Positions 30,723-41,838 are shown, numbered from the stretch's first letter. The stretch is 64,000 nucleotides of DNA from Candidatus Eiseniibacteriota bacterium (GCA_963725865.1 CAVSAC010000012.1:544001-608000), one strand, 5' to 3'. The notes: generated by a model not told the origin, from the sequence alone. Program-made: numbers and translations.

Positions 30723-31586
30723 ATGCACGACCAACCTCGACGCCTGCCCATCTCCACCCGACACGCGTTCGCACTGGCTCTCGACCTGGCCGTGCGACGC
30801 GATCCGCTCCATTCGCTGGTGGTGCCGCTGCTGCTGAGCACGCCGTGGAGCCTGGCGATCGCGATCCTGCCGCGGCCCTCCGAGTCGCAGTTCCCGGCGC
30901 TGGTGGTGCTCGCCTCGAGCGTGGCGCTGCTCGGGGACTTCCTGGTGTACCTGCTCATCACGGGCATGCTGCGCTTCCGCGCGCGCTCGGTCTTCAACAC
31001 CCCGCACGACCAGCTCCCGGCGCCCGCGTGGGAGTGCTACGCGCAGAGCGTCCGGCGCATCCCGTGGCTGTTCGTCACCGAGGTGGTGCGCAACCTGGCG
31101 CTGGCGGTGGGCGCGCTGTTCCTCGTGGTGCCCGCGGTCTTCCTCGGCTACCGCCTGTCGTTCGCGACCGAGGCCGTGGTGCTGACCGAACGCGACCTCG
31201 CGTCGTCGTTCCGGCGTTCGTTCCACATCACGCAGCGCCGCTTCGAGCGCTGGTTCGAGCTCATCCTGGGCTCGGGGCTGATGGTGCTCGGGGTGACGTT
31301 CGTGGTCGCGGTGCTGTCGGTGTTCGTGCCCGGTCCTTCGATGACGTTCTGGGCGGCGGCGCTGCGGCTGCTGTTCACGCTGATCACCCCGGTGATCCAG
31401 TACGGATGGACGTTCTTCTACCTGCGCCTGGTGGAGATCGACGAGCCCGGCGTCGAGGTCGGCCCGGCCTACGCCGCGGTGACTCCCGGCTGGTCGCCCG
31501 TGACCCGCAGCGCGCCTGCGCTCACGCTGGTCGAGCCCGCGGGCGGGGTTCCGGCGAGCCCAGCGGAGCGCGAACCCGACGCCTGA
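30723..31586 (+). CDS. Hypothetical integral membrane protein
   Basis: About 5-6 hydrophobic segments, LVVPAVFLGYRLSFA..AVV, SFRRSF..T; Pro-rich tail. Confidence 0.75.
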   Translation: MHDQPRRLPISTRHAFALALDLAVRRDPLHSLVVPLLLSTPWSLAIAILPRPSESQFPALVVLASSVALLGDFLVYLLITGMLRFRARSVFNTPHDQLPAPAWECYAQSVRRIPWLFVTEVVRNLALAVGALFLVVPAVFLGYRLSFATEAVVLTERDLASSFRRSFHITQRRFERWFELILGSGLMVLGVTFVVAVLSVFVPGPSMTFWAAALRLLFTLITPVIQYGWTFFYLRLVEIDEPGVEVGPAYAAVTPGWSPVTRSAPALTLVEPAGGVPASPAEREPDA

Positions 31587-31716
31587 CCCACCAGTCCGCC
31601 CGGCCGTCGGAGTGGCCTCCGTGCCGCGCCAGTCTTGCCTGGCCGTGGTCCCTGTGCCATCTTGAAACGGGCCACCCTCTCCTCTTATCTACGTCCGATC
31701 CGACGGGAGCCGAACC

Positions 31717-32780
<1,064 letters not shown>

Positions 32781-32781
<1 letters not shown>

Positions 32782-33977
32782 TGGCGAGCCACCGCCTGGA
32801 CTACGACGACGCGTACACCACCCGGTTCCGCGCCGTCATCGCCGGCACGGGTGTCCACGCGGGCCGGCCCGCCGTCGAGCTGGAGTCCACGTACTTCTAC
32901 CCCGAGAGCGGGGGACAGGAAGCCGACCGCGGCACGCTCGCCGGCCAGCCGGTGGTGGACGTGCAGTCCGACGACGACGGCCGGGTCTGGCACGTGCTGG
33001 CGCCCGCGGTTCCACCGCCCGCCGGCGAGGTGGCGGCCGAGATCGACTGGGCGCGCCGCTTCGACCACATGCAGCAGCACACCGGCCAGCACATCCTCTC
33101 GGCCGCGCTGGAGCGCGTACTCGAGGCGCCCACGCTCTCCTCGCACCTGGGGGAGGAGCGCAGCACGATCGAGGTGCCGATGGCGGACGCCACCTGGCGC
33201 GACGTGGAGCGCGTGGAGGAGGCCGCGAACCGCGTGGTGTGGGAGGACCGCGAGATCCTGCGCCACTGGGCCGACGATCAGAGCGTGCGCCGCTTCGCGT
33301 TGCGCAAGCCACCCGCGGTGACCGGGCGCATCCGCGTGGTCGAGATTCCCGACTGGGACGTCTCCGCCTGCGGCGGCACCCACACCCGGCGCACCGGCGA
33401 GGTCGGCGTCATCAAGGTCGTGCGCTGGGAGAAGGTGCGCGGGAACGTGCGCTTCGAGTTCCTGTGCGGCGCGCGCGCGCTGCACGACCACGCGTGGCGC
33501 ACCGAGGCGCTGCTGGAGTCGGCGAAGCGGCGCACCATCAAGGACCGCGAACTGCTCGCGCACCTCGAGCGTGCCGCCGAGGAGCGCGACGTGCTCAAGA
33601 AGCGCCTCGCGGCGCTCACCGCGGACCTGGTGACGATGGAGGCGCGCGCGCGCGTCGGCGAGCCGCCCCGCGCGGTGACCGACCTCGCCGCCGACCGCCC
33701 GCGCGACGAGGTGCGCCTGTTCGCGCTCAAGTGCCTGGAGGCCGGCGCGCCCTGGGTGGTGGCGGGCTCGCGGGCGCCCGAGCCGTGCGTGGTCGCCGGG
33801 CGCGCGAAATCCGCGAACGGGGACCTGCGCACGCTGGTGCCGGGCCTGCTCGAGCGCGCGCGGGGCAAGGGCGGTGGCGCGCCCGACCTGGTGCAGGCGG
33901 CGGCCGCCGACGCCGCGACCGCCGAGGCGGCGTTCCGCTGGCTCGCGGACTCCGTGCCGGCGCTGCTCGGAGTCTGA
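32781..33977 (+). CDS. Free-standing alanyl-tRNA editing protein (AlaX, long form with DHHA1-like C-terminus)
   Basis: TGATG coupling; FYPESGGQ, QQHTGQH, CGGTH, GKGGG. Confidence 0.9.
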
Positions 33978-34013
33978 TGCGCGACGGGCGGGCCCGCGGG
34001 CCCGCCCGTGCGA

Positions 34014-35546
34014 TCACTTCCTGCGCGCCAGCGGCTTGGCGGGTGGCTTCTTCGCCACCGCGGTCCTGGCCCTGGGCACCGCGCTACTGCCCGTCGTCAC
34101 CGTCTTCGGGAAGCCCGACTTCGCGGGCACCGCGGTCCTGCCGGTCGTCAGCGCCTTCGGGACGGCCGACTTCGCGGGCACCGCGGTCCTGCCGGTCGTC
34201 AGCGCCTTCGGGGCGGCCGGCTTCGCGGGCACCGACTTCAATGCGGTCGCGGCCGGCCTTGCGGGCGGAGCCTTCGCCGCCGGCGTGAATGCCTTGACCG
34301 GGGCCGGTCGCGCGGCCGCCACGCCCGCCTTGAGTGCCGCGATGCGCTGGGCGGCCGCGACCACGCCGGCCGCGGCGCCATCGCCGTCGGAGGGGATGCG
34401 ACGCGCCTCGCTCGGCGGCATGGTGTAGTCGAAGTCCGGCAGCGTGACGCGCGCGATCGCCCGGCCGAGGAACCGCTCGATCGCCTCGACGTCCTTCTGT
34501 TCCTCGGGGCTCATCAGCGTGGAGGCCGCGCCCACGGCATCCGCGCGCCCCTGGCGGCCGATGCGGTGCGCGTAGTCCTCGGGCGTCTGCGGGACCTCGA
34601 AGTTCACGACGTGCGCGACCCCGGCCACGTCGAGACTGCGCGCGGCCGCGTGGCTCGCCACCAGGATCTGGCTGCGGCCCCGCTTGAGGTCCTCGAGCGC
34701 CGCCTCGCGTTGATCCTGGTTGGGGTGCTCGTCGAGCAGCGCGACCGTGTACCCCCGCTTCTGCAGGTGGCGTCCGATGCGCTCGCCGGCGGTGCGTGAG
34801 CGCGTGAACACGGTGGTGCTGCGGACCTCCATCTGCGACAGGATCTCGTCGAGCAGATCGGACTTGAGCTCCTTGGGCACCGGGTAGACCGCCTGGCGGA
34901 TGCCGGCCGAGGGCTTGGCCGCGACACCCACGTCGACCCGCAGCGGCTCGATCAGCGCTTCCTTCGCGAGGCGATTCAGCTCCGGCGGCATGTTGAGCGT
35001 GAACATCACGGTCTGCCGGGTCTCGGGGAGCAGCTTCAGCAGCTTGCGGACGTCGGGGCCGAGGCCCAGCTGCACCATCTTGTCGGCCTCGTCGAGCACC
35101 AGCAGCTCGACGTCGGCGAAGTTCAGGAAGTTCTTCGCGACCAGCTCGAGCAGCCGCCCCGGGGTCGCCACCAGCAGGTCCGCCCCCTGCTCGCGCAGCA
35201 GGCGCTCCTGCTGGGCGAGCGGGGCGCCGGTGTAGACGACCACGATGTTCAGGTTGGCGAAGCGAGCGTAGTCGCGACAGCGCGTCTCGACGTAAGCGGC
35301 CATCTCGCGACTCGGCACCAGGATGATCGCGCGCAGGCGCGGGGTGGTGCCATCCAGCAGCCGGGCGAGGAGGGGGATGGCGTAGGCTCCGGTCTTTCCC
35401 GAACCACTTTGCGCGATCCCGATCAGGTCGTTCCCCTGCACGATGATGGGGATCGCCTTGCTCTGGATGGCGGTGGCCTCGGTGTAGCCGGCGGCCCGGA
35501 TGCCCTTCAGGATCGCTGGGGGCAGTCCGAGAGCAGCAAAGTTCAC
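34014..35546 (-). CDS. DEAD-box RNA helicase (RhlE-like) with divergent motifs and basic repetitive tail
   Basis: GTG start with GGAGG; QSGSGKT, PSREMA, TPGRL, DEAD, HRIGRQGR. Confidence 0.9.
   Translation of the reverse strand: MNFAALGLPPAILKGIRAAGYTEATAIQSKAIPIIVQGNDLIGIAQSGSGKTGAYAIPLLARLLDGTTPRLRAIILVPSREMAAYVETRCRDYARFANLNIVVVYTGAPLAQQERLLREQGADLLVATPGRLLELVAKNFLNFADVELLVLDEADKMVQLGLGPDVRKLLKLLPETRQTVMFTLNMPPELNRLAKEALIEPLRVDVGVAAKPSAGIRQAVYPVPKELKSDLLDEILSQMEVRSTTVFTRSRTAGERIGRHLQKRGYTVALLDEHPNQDQREAALEDLKRGRSQILVASHAAARSLDVAGVAHVVNFEVPQTPEDYAHRIGRQGRADAVGAASTLMSPEEQKDVEAIERFLGRAIARVTLPDFDYTMPPSEARRIPSDGDGAAAGVVAAAQRIAALKAGVAAARPAPVKAFTPAAKAPPARPAATALKSVPAKPAAPKALTTGRTAVPAKSAVPKALTTGRTAVPAKSGFPKTVTTGSSAVPRARTAVAKKPPAKPLARRK
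34075..34234. repeat. About three intragenic 51-bp (17-aa) tandem repeats in the helicase tail
   Basis: ccgacttcgcgggcaccgcggtcctgccggtcgtcagcgccttcggg at 34115 and 34166 with degenerate flanking copies; encodes VPAKxxxPKALTTGRTA. Confidence 0.88.
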
Positions 35547-35760
35547 AGGACCTCCGTGAGGCGGGTCGCTCGAATCGTGGTGTTCGTGGCCTTCCGGGGC
35601 GGGCGAGGGGCGGAGCGAGGTGTCCGCACGGCCGGCACGGTGAAGGTACGGGCGGCGGGGCTCCGGGGCAACGGAGAATGCGCGGCGGGCCGGTTCGGGA
35701 TGCCGGATTTGTACGTGGCTTCACACCACCATGGTCTGCAGGGCGCCGGCGGCGGAAAGC

Positions 35761-36705
35761 TCAGCGCGCGCGCGGGGTGCGGGCGCGGGATCGCCGCGCC
35801 GGCCGCGCGCGGGAGCCGCTGGCGGCGGACTGCGCGCGCCGCGCCCCCGGGGGGTGCGGGGTGTCCGCGGGGTGGGCCGCGGCGCGCTGGCAGCTCGGGC
35901 AGTAGAAGGTCGAGCGCTGCCCCTGCACGATCCGGCGGATCGCGGTGCCGCAGGTGCGGCAGGGCGCTCCCGCGCGGTCGTAGACGCGGAGCTGGTCCCC
36001 GTAGCTGCCCGGCTCGTTCCACAGCGTGCGGTAGCTGCTGAACGTCGTGCCCATGCGGGCGATCGCCTCGCCGAGCGTGGCGATGGTCTCGCGTGCGACC
36101 GCGTCCCACTCGGCGCGCGTCAGCGTGCCGGCGCGGCGCCGCGGCGAGATCCGCGCGCGGAACAGCACCTCGCTGGCGTAGATGTTCCCGATGCCGGCGA
36201 GGCGCCGCTGGTCGAGCAGGAAGTCCTTCACCGCGACGCGCGCGCCGCGCGCGAGGTCGCGCAGGCGATCGCCGGTGGGCGGATCGGCGACCGGATCGGG
36301 CCCGAGGATCCGCAGGGCCGGGTGCGTCGCCTCGGCTCCGCGCTCGAGCAGTTCGAACATGCCGAATCGGCGCGGGTCCTGGAACCACAGGTGCGACCCG
36401 TCGCGGAACGCGAGCCGCACGTGTACGTGCGGCAGCGAATCGTCGGGCCGCCCGGCCCAGAACAGCCAGCGCCCGCTCATGCCGAGGTGCGACAGCAGCG
36501 TTCGGTCGCCGTCGAGGTCGAGCAGCAGGTACTTGCCGACCCTCCGCGCGGCGGTGAACGTGCGCCCCGCCAGGCGCCGCGACAGGCCGCGGGCGAGCGG
36601 CGTGCGCAGGCGCATTCCCGAAGTCGCGGCGCTCGCGATGGTGCGCCCGAGCACGCTTTCCGCCAGCATGCGACGGACGGTCTCGACCTCCGGCAGCTCG
36701 GGCAT
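35761..36705 (-). CDS. mutM: Formamidopyrimidine-DNA glycosylase
   Basis: MPELPEVE, GKYL, HLGMSG, GIGNIYASE, C4 zinc finger. Confidence 0.97.
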   Translation of the reverse strand: MPELPEVETVRRMLAESVLGRTIASAATSGMRLRTPLARGLSRRLAGRTFTAARRVGKYLLLDLDGDRTLLSHLGMSGRWLFWAGRPDDSLPHVHVRLAFRDGSHLWFQDPRRFGMFELLERGAEATHPALRILGPDPVADPPTGDRLRDLARGARVAVKDFLLDQRRLAGIGNIYASEVLFRARISPRRRAGTLTRAEWDAVARETIATLGEAIARMGTTFSSYRTLWNEPGSYGDQLRVYDRAGAPCRTCGTAIRRIVQGQRSTFYCPSCQRAAAHPADTPHPPGARRAQSAASGSRARPARRSRARTPRAR

Positions 36706-36920
36706 GCGTCAGCGCTCCGGACCCGCGCCGACGCCGGCGACGACGGCGCGGCGCGCGCGCGAGTGGTGCGGCATGACGGGGGCCCTCCTGGTGGACGGTG
36801 GACCGCGCACGCTAGCGCCCGCGCGCATCGCTCGCAAGCCCGTGCCGCGCGGGAGCCATTGCGCCGGCGCGTGCGCGCGTGGCATGCTGCCGCATCACGG
36901 ACGGCAGCACTCGGAGGCCC

Positions 36921-37841
36921 ATGGACGACCGCTCGCGCTTCGATGAATTCGCGCGCCTCGCGACCGAGCAGCGCAATCCGCGCACTCGCGACCTCGACAC
37001 GCTCGACGTGCCCGGCATCCTCGCGCGCATCTCCGCCGAGGACCGCACCGTCCCCGAGGCCGTCGGTCGCGAGATCCCGCACATCGTCGCGGCGGTCGAG
37101 TTGGTGGTGGCCTCGTTCCGCGCCGGCGGGCGCCTGATCTACGTGGGCGCCGGCACCAGCGGGCGCCTCGGCGTGCTCGACGCCTCGGAGTGCCCGCCGA
37201 CGTTCGGCTCCGACCCGCGCATGGTGCAGGGGATCATCGCCGGAGGCGCCCCGGCGCTGGTGCGCGCCGTCGAGGGGGCCGAGGACCGCGCCGAGGACGG
37301 CGAGCGCGCCATCGAGGATCTCGCGGTGGATGCTCGTGACACCGTGATCGGCCTGGCGGCGAGCCGCCGCACCCCGTTCGTGGTCGCCGCCATCGCGCGC
37401 GCCCGCGCGCGCGGCGCGCGTACGGCGTACGTCACGTGCACGCCGCGCCACGAGTTCGCGCTCGAGGTCGACGTCGCGATCTGCCCCGAGGTGGGGCCCG
37501 AGGTGGTGATGGGCTCCACGCGCATGAAGGCGGGCACCGCGCAGAAGCTGGTGCTGAACATGATCACCACCGCCGCGTTCGTGCGCATGGGCAAGGTCCA
37601 CGAGAACATGATGGTCGACCTGATGGCGAATAGCCGGAAGCTGGTCGAGCGCAGCCGCCGCACCGTGATGACCGTCACCGGCGCCGACTACGACGCCGCC
37701 GCGCGCGCCATCGACGCGGCCGGCGGGAGCGTGAAGACCGCGATCGTGATGGTGACGTGCGGGAGCACGCGGGCGGAGGCCGAGGCCCGGCTCGCGCGCG
37801 CGGACGGATTCGTGCGGGCCGCCCTGGCGGAGTCCCGGTGA
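36921..37841 (+). CDS. murQ: N-acetylmuramic acid 6-phosphate etherase
   Basis: TEQRNP, GAGTSGRLGVLDASECPPTF, GSTRMKAGTAQK. Confidence 0.97.
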   Translation: MDDRSRFDEFARLATEQRNPRTRDLDTLDVPGILARISAEDRTVPEAVGREIPHIVAAVELVVASFRAGGRLIYVGAGTSGRLGVLDASECPPTFGSDPRMVQGIIAGGAPALVRAVEGAEDRAEDGERAIEDLAVDARDTVIGLAASRRTPFVVAAIARARARGARTAYVTCTPRHEFALEVDVAICPEVGPEVVMGSTRMKAGTAQKLVLNMITTAAFVRMGKVHENMMVDLMANSRKLVERSRRTVMTVTGADYDAAARAIDAAGGSVKTAIVMVTCGSTRAEAEARLARADGFVRAALAESR

Positions 37842-39073
37842 GGCTCCCGCGCTCGCCGCGAGTGCTCGTCGCGCTCGGTCTGGGGCTGGCGCTCGCGTCC
37901 GCCTGTAGCCCCACGCCGAAGCCGCCCGAGCCGATCGTCTTCTGGCAGCCGTGGCCGCCCGAGGTCGTGGGACCGGTGGTGCGCCGCTTCGAGGCCGAGC
38001 ATCCCGGGCTGCTGGTGCGTCTGGTGACCGTCCCGCGGATCGACGGGCAGAATCCGGTCGACTCGGCGCTCGCCGCAGGCATCGTCCCCGACCTGTGCGT
38101 GATCGCCTCCGACGACATGCCGAAGCTGCTGGCCCTCGGCGCGCTCTCGGACTGGAGCGCGGGCGTCGCCGACCAGCGCGATTCGCTCCGCGGCTGGGAG
38201 CTGTGCACGGTCGGAGACGCCGTGTACGGCATGCCGTGGATGCTCGCCACGCAGGCGCTGTTCTGGAACAAGTCGCTGTTCGCGCGCGCGCACCTCGACA
38301 CGACGCACGGACCCGAGACCTGGGACGACGTGCGCCGCGCGGCGGCGGCGATCCAGCGCCTGGGCCACGGGGTGCACGGGTACGGCGTGAGCGCGAACCA
38401 GCGCGGGCGGCTGTTCGAGCGGTTCATGCCGTATGCGTGGGGCAACGAGGGCGAGGTGCTGTCGGCCGGGCGGGACTCCTCGCGCTTCGACTCGCCGGCC
38501 AACCGCGCGGCGCTCGAGTTCTACCTGAGCCTGCGCCGCGGCGGGCTGATCGGCGTGCCGGGGACTCTCGACCAGGAGTTCGTGGAGGGTCGGCTCGGAA
38601 TGGAGCTGGCGGGCGGGTGGCTGATCCCGCGATTGCGCGGCGCGGCGCAGGGGCCGCGCTTCGGCGTCGCGCTCGTCCCGCGGCCGGCGGCCGACCGCGG
38701 CACCCACGCCTCTGTCGCCGGCGGGGAGGTGTTGGTGTCGTTCCAGGGCTCCCGTCACAAGCCCGAGGCACTGCTGCTCGCGCGCTTCCTCGTGCGCACC
38801 GAGAACGCGCTGGCACTCGCGCGGACCACGCCGTCCCTGCAGCCCGCGGTCCGCGGCGCCGACTCGCTCGCGTACTACCTCGAGCGGCCGGCCGAGCAGG
38901 CGCTGGTGCGCCAGCTCGCGACCGCGCGCTTCATCCCCTCGCACCGGCAATGGGCCGCGATGCAGGCGGCGATCGAGGACGAGATCGAGCAGGCGCTGTT
39001 CGACAAGAAGTCGGCGGCCCAGGCGGTGGCGGACGCCGACGCGCGCATCGTCGAGCTGGTGGGGAAGCAGTAG
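37838..39073 (+). CDS. Sugar-type ABC solute-binding lipoprotein
   Basis: GTGA overlap; lipobox LASA-C; YGMPW...LFWNKSLF, PETWDD, F..GRLGM..GGW. Confidence 0.85.
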   Translation: MRLPRSPRVLVALGLGLALASACSPTPKPPEPIVFWQPWPPEVVGPVVRRFEAEHPGLLVRLVTVPRIDGQNPVDSALAAGIVPDLCVIASDDMPKLLALGALSDWSAGVADQRDSLRGWELCTVGDAVYGMPWMLATQALFWNKSLFARAHLDTTHGPETWDDVRRAAAAIQRLGHGVHGYGVSANQRGRLFERFMPYAWGNEGEVLSAGRDSSRFDSPANRAALEFYLSLRRGGLIGVPGTLDQEFVEGRLGMELAGGWLIPRLRGAAQGPRFGVALVPRPAADRGTHASVAGGEVLVSFQGSRHKPEALLLARFLVRTENALALARTTPSLQPAVRGADSLAYYLERPAEQALVRQLATARFIPSHRQWAAMQAAIEDEIEQALFDKKSAAQAVADADARIVELVGKQ

Positions 39074-39076
39074 CGG

Positions 39077-40291
39077 ATGCCCCGCCACGACGACGGGCTC
39101 GCGCAGGTGCGGGACTACCTCGCGCGCGAGGAGCACCTGGTGATCGGCCTCATGACCGGCACCTCGGCCGACGCCGTGGACGCCGCACTCGTGCGCTTCC
39201 ACGGCCACGGGCCCGCGAGCACGCACGAGGTGGTGGCGTTCCGCTCGATCGCGCTCGAGCCCGCGCTGCGCCGGGAGATCCTGGCGGTCGCTGGGGCGCG
39301 CGTGCTGGAGCCCGAGCGCCTGATGCGGCTCGACGCCGCGCTGGGCGAGTGCTACGCGGCCGCGGTGCTCGAGCTGCTCGCCGAGCGCCCGCTCGATCCG
39401 CGCACCATCGACGCCATCGGCTCCCACGGCCAGACCGTGCGGCACCTGCCGCGCGCGGATAACGCGGGCGAGGCGCTCACCCTGCAGCTGGGTTCGGCCG
39501 CGCGGCTGGCCGAGCGGACCGGGATCGCGGTGGTGTCCGACTTCCGGAGCCGCGACACCGCGGCGGGGGGCGAGGGCGCGCCGCTGGTGCCGCTGTTCGA
39601 CTGGTGGCGCTTCCGCGACGCCGCCGAGTCGCGCGCTTTGCTCAATCTGGGCGGGATGGCGAACGTGACGCACCTGCCGCGCGGCGGCTCGCTCGACGCG
39701 CTGCTCGCGTTCGACACCGGACCCGGCAACGCGGTGCTCGATGCGCTCGCGGCGCTCGCCAGCGGCGGGCGTCTGCAGCGGGACGAAGGCGGCGCGCTCG
39801 CCGAGCGCGGGACCGCGAACGAGGCGCTGCTGGCGGAGCTGCTCGCGGATCCATTCTTCGCCGTGCCGCCGCCGCGCTCCACCGGGCGCGAGCGCTATGG
39901 CCGGTCGTTCGCCGAGCGGCTGCGCGCGCGCGGCGCGGACGCGGGACTCGCGGACGCGGACGTGATGGCCACCGCGGTCGAGCTGACGGCGGCGTCGGTG
40001 GCGCTCGCGGTGACGCGGTACCTGCTCCCGCGCGGCGGTGTCGACAAGGTCGCCGCGAGCGGCGGCGGCGTGCGCAATCCGGCGCTGATGCGCGCGCTCG
40101 CTCGGCGGTTGGCGCCGGTGCCGCTGGTGACGATCGAGTCCCTCGGCGGCGATCCGGCCGCGAAGGAGGCGGTCGCGTTCGCGTTTCTCGCGCACCTGAC
40201 GCTGTGCGGCGCGCCGGGGAACGTGCCGGGGGCGACCGGTGCGCGGCGGCCGGTGCTGCTCGGGCACCTGACGCCGGGCGGGCGAGCGTGA
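39077..40291 (+). CDS. anmK: Anhydro-N-acetylmuramic acid kinase
   Basis: IGLMTGTSADAVD, GSHGQT, GGEGAPLVP, DTGPGN, GGGVRN, KEAVAFA. Confidence 0.96.
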   Translation: MPRHDDGLAQVRDYLAREEHLVIGLMTGTSADAVDAALVRFHGHGPASTHEVVAFRSIALEPALRREILAVAGARVLEPERLMRLDAALGECYAAAVLELLAERPLDPRTIDAIGSHGQTVRHLPRADNAGEALTLQLGSAARLAERTGIAVVSDFRSRDTAAGGEGAPLVPLFDWWRFRDAAESRALLNLGGMANVTHLPRGGSLDALLAFDTGPGNAVLDALAALASGGRLQRDEGGALAERGTANEALLAELLADPFFAVPPPRSTGRERYGRSFAERLRARGADAGLADADVMATAVELTAASVALAVTRYLLPRGGVDKVAASGGGVRNPALMRALARRLAPVPLVTIESLGGDPAAKEAVAFAFLAHLTLCGAPGNVPGATGARRPVLLGHLTPGGRA

Positions 40292-41652
40292 GGTTCGCGC
40301 GCGGAATGGGCGCCCGCCCGGTGCGCGGCGCGGCGGTGCTGGCACTCACGCTGCTCGCGGGCTCGTGCGCGACCGTCCCCGTTCCGGCGCCGGTCCCCGC
40401 GCCGCGAGCGGGCCCGCCGGCGTCCGCGCCCGCGCACCCGACGACCTCGCAGGAATCCGGGCCGCTGCGGCTCGCGGGCGAGCCCATGATCGAGGTCGGG
40501 CTCGCGTGGGATGTCGATTCGATCGCGCTCGCGCCTCCGGCGCGCGTGGAGTTCGCCGTACGTCGCGACCGCCCGGGGCGCATGGATCCCGAGATCGCGT
40601 TCCGCGCGCCGCTGATGGTGCGCCGGCGGGAGGGCGGGGCGGATGCGTCGTGGGGCTTCCAGGGCGCGTTCGACCTGGTGCGCGGGGACACCCTGTGGGT
40701 GACGAGCGTCGCGGGCGCGCCGCGCTTCGGATGGAACGGTCGCACCTGGCGGGGCCAGGCCAAGTTGTTCGTGAACGCGCGGGGCGCGCTCACGCTGGCG
40801 GCCCGGCTGCCGCTCGAGTCCTACCTGCTGGGCGTCGTGCCCGGCGAGATCGGGGCGCTGAGCGAGGCGCTCGTGGAGGCCGGTCGTGCGCAGGCGGTGG
40901 CGGCACGCTCGTACACCCTGTTCTACCGCGGCCGGCGGGAGAGCGAAGGCTTCGACCTGTACGGCAGCGTGGAGGACCAGGTCTATGGCGCGCTCGACGC
41001 CGAGCGGCCGCTGGCGACGCGCTGCGTCGAGAGCACCCGCGGGCTGGTCGCGCTGGATCGCGGCCAGCCGATCCGCGCGAACTACTGCTCGACGTGCGGC
41101 GGCGTCACTTCCGAGGTGTGGGAGGCGTGGCCCGCGGCGTCGCTCCCGTACCTGGTGAGCCACGCCGATCGCGACGGCGCCGACTTCTGCTCCGCCTCGC
41201 CCCAGTATCGCTGGCACGAGGAGTGGGAGGTGGGCGAGTTCCTGCGCACGCTCGCGCGCTGGGCTCCGGCGCAGGGCGTCGCGCTCCCACCGGGCGGCCT
41301 CGGCGAGCTGGTCGACGTGCGTGTCGACGCGCGCTCGCGCTCGGGACGGGTCTGGCGGCTCACGGTCGCGACCACCACCGGCGACGTCCACATCCCGGCG
41401 TACGTGCTGCGACAGGTAGTGCGCCGGCCGGGCACCGCGGGGGCGATCCTGCGGTCGAACCTCTTCAAGATCGACGTGCGGCGCGACCGCGCCACCCGCC
41501 GCGCGCTCGCCGTCGTGGCGAATGGAGCGGGCTTCGGCCACGGGGTCGGCCTCTGTCAGACCGGTGCGCTCGGCATGGCGCGCGACGGACGCGACGCGCG
41601 CGCGATCGTCGCCCACTACTACCGCGGCGTGGACCTGAAGACGCTCTACTGA
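40288..41652 (+). CDS. SpoIID/LytB-domain lipoprotein (lytic transglycosylase)
   Basis: Lipobox LAGS-C; YLLGVVPGE, AQAVAARSY, DQVY, STCGG, GFGHGVGLCQTGA, HYY. Confidence 0.9.
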   Translation: MRFARGMGARPVRGAAVLALTLLAGSCATVPVPAPVPAPRAGPPASAPAHPTTSQESGPLRLAGEPMIEVGLAWDVDSIALAPPARVEFAVRRDRPGRMDPEIAFRAPLMVRRREGGADASWGFQGAFDLVRGDTLWVTSVAGAPRFGWNGRTWRGQAKLFVNARGALTLAARLPLESYLLGVVPGEIGALSEALVEAGRAQAVAARSYTLFYRGRRESEGFDLYGSVEDQVYGALDAERPLATRCVESTRGLVALDRGQPIRANYCSTCGGVTSEVWEAWPAASLPYLVSHADRDGADFCSASPQYRWHEEWEVGEFLRTLARWAPAQGVALPPGGLGELVDVRVDARSRSGRVWRLTVATTTGDVHIPAYVLRQVVRRPGTAGAILRSNLFKIDVRRDRATRRALAVVANGAGFGHGVGLCQTGALGMARDGRDARAIVAHYYRGVDLKTLY

Positions 41653-41757
41653 GCTTCGCCGACGGTGCGGCGGACCCTGAGCGGCCGCTCGGAAGGACGC
41701 GGCGGCGGGTCGCCCGCGAGACCCCGACGACTTGATCGCGACCTCGTCCTGGGCGCA

Positions 41758-41786
41758 TTGACAGTGGTCGAGCCGGTGGTTATCCT
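41758..41786 (+). promoter_or_regulatory. Sigma-70 promoter for tRNA-Asp
   Basis: TTGACA-17 bp-TATCCT followed by a GC-rich discriminator. Confidence 0.75.
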
Positions 41787-41838
41787 GCCGCGGCTTCGGC
41801 GCTCGGGTGCTGACTTACGGTGACCGGGAGCCCAGTGC

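Noticed and set aside
37688..40345. Long antisense ORFs (also 17286..20489, 52971..55274)
   Set aside because: Expected stop-poor shadows in high-GC DNA opposite well-supported genes
40288..41652. Sporulation capacity from SpoIID
   Set aside because: SpoIID/LytB domains are common in non-sporulating bacteria; context is cell-wall recycling
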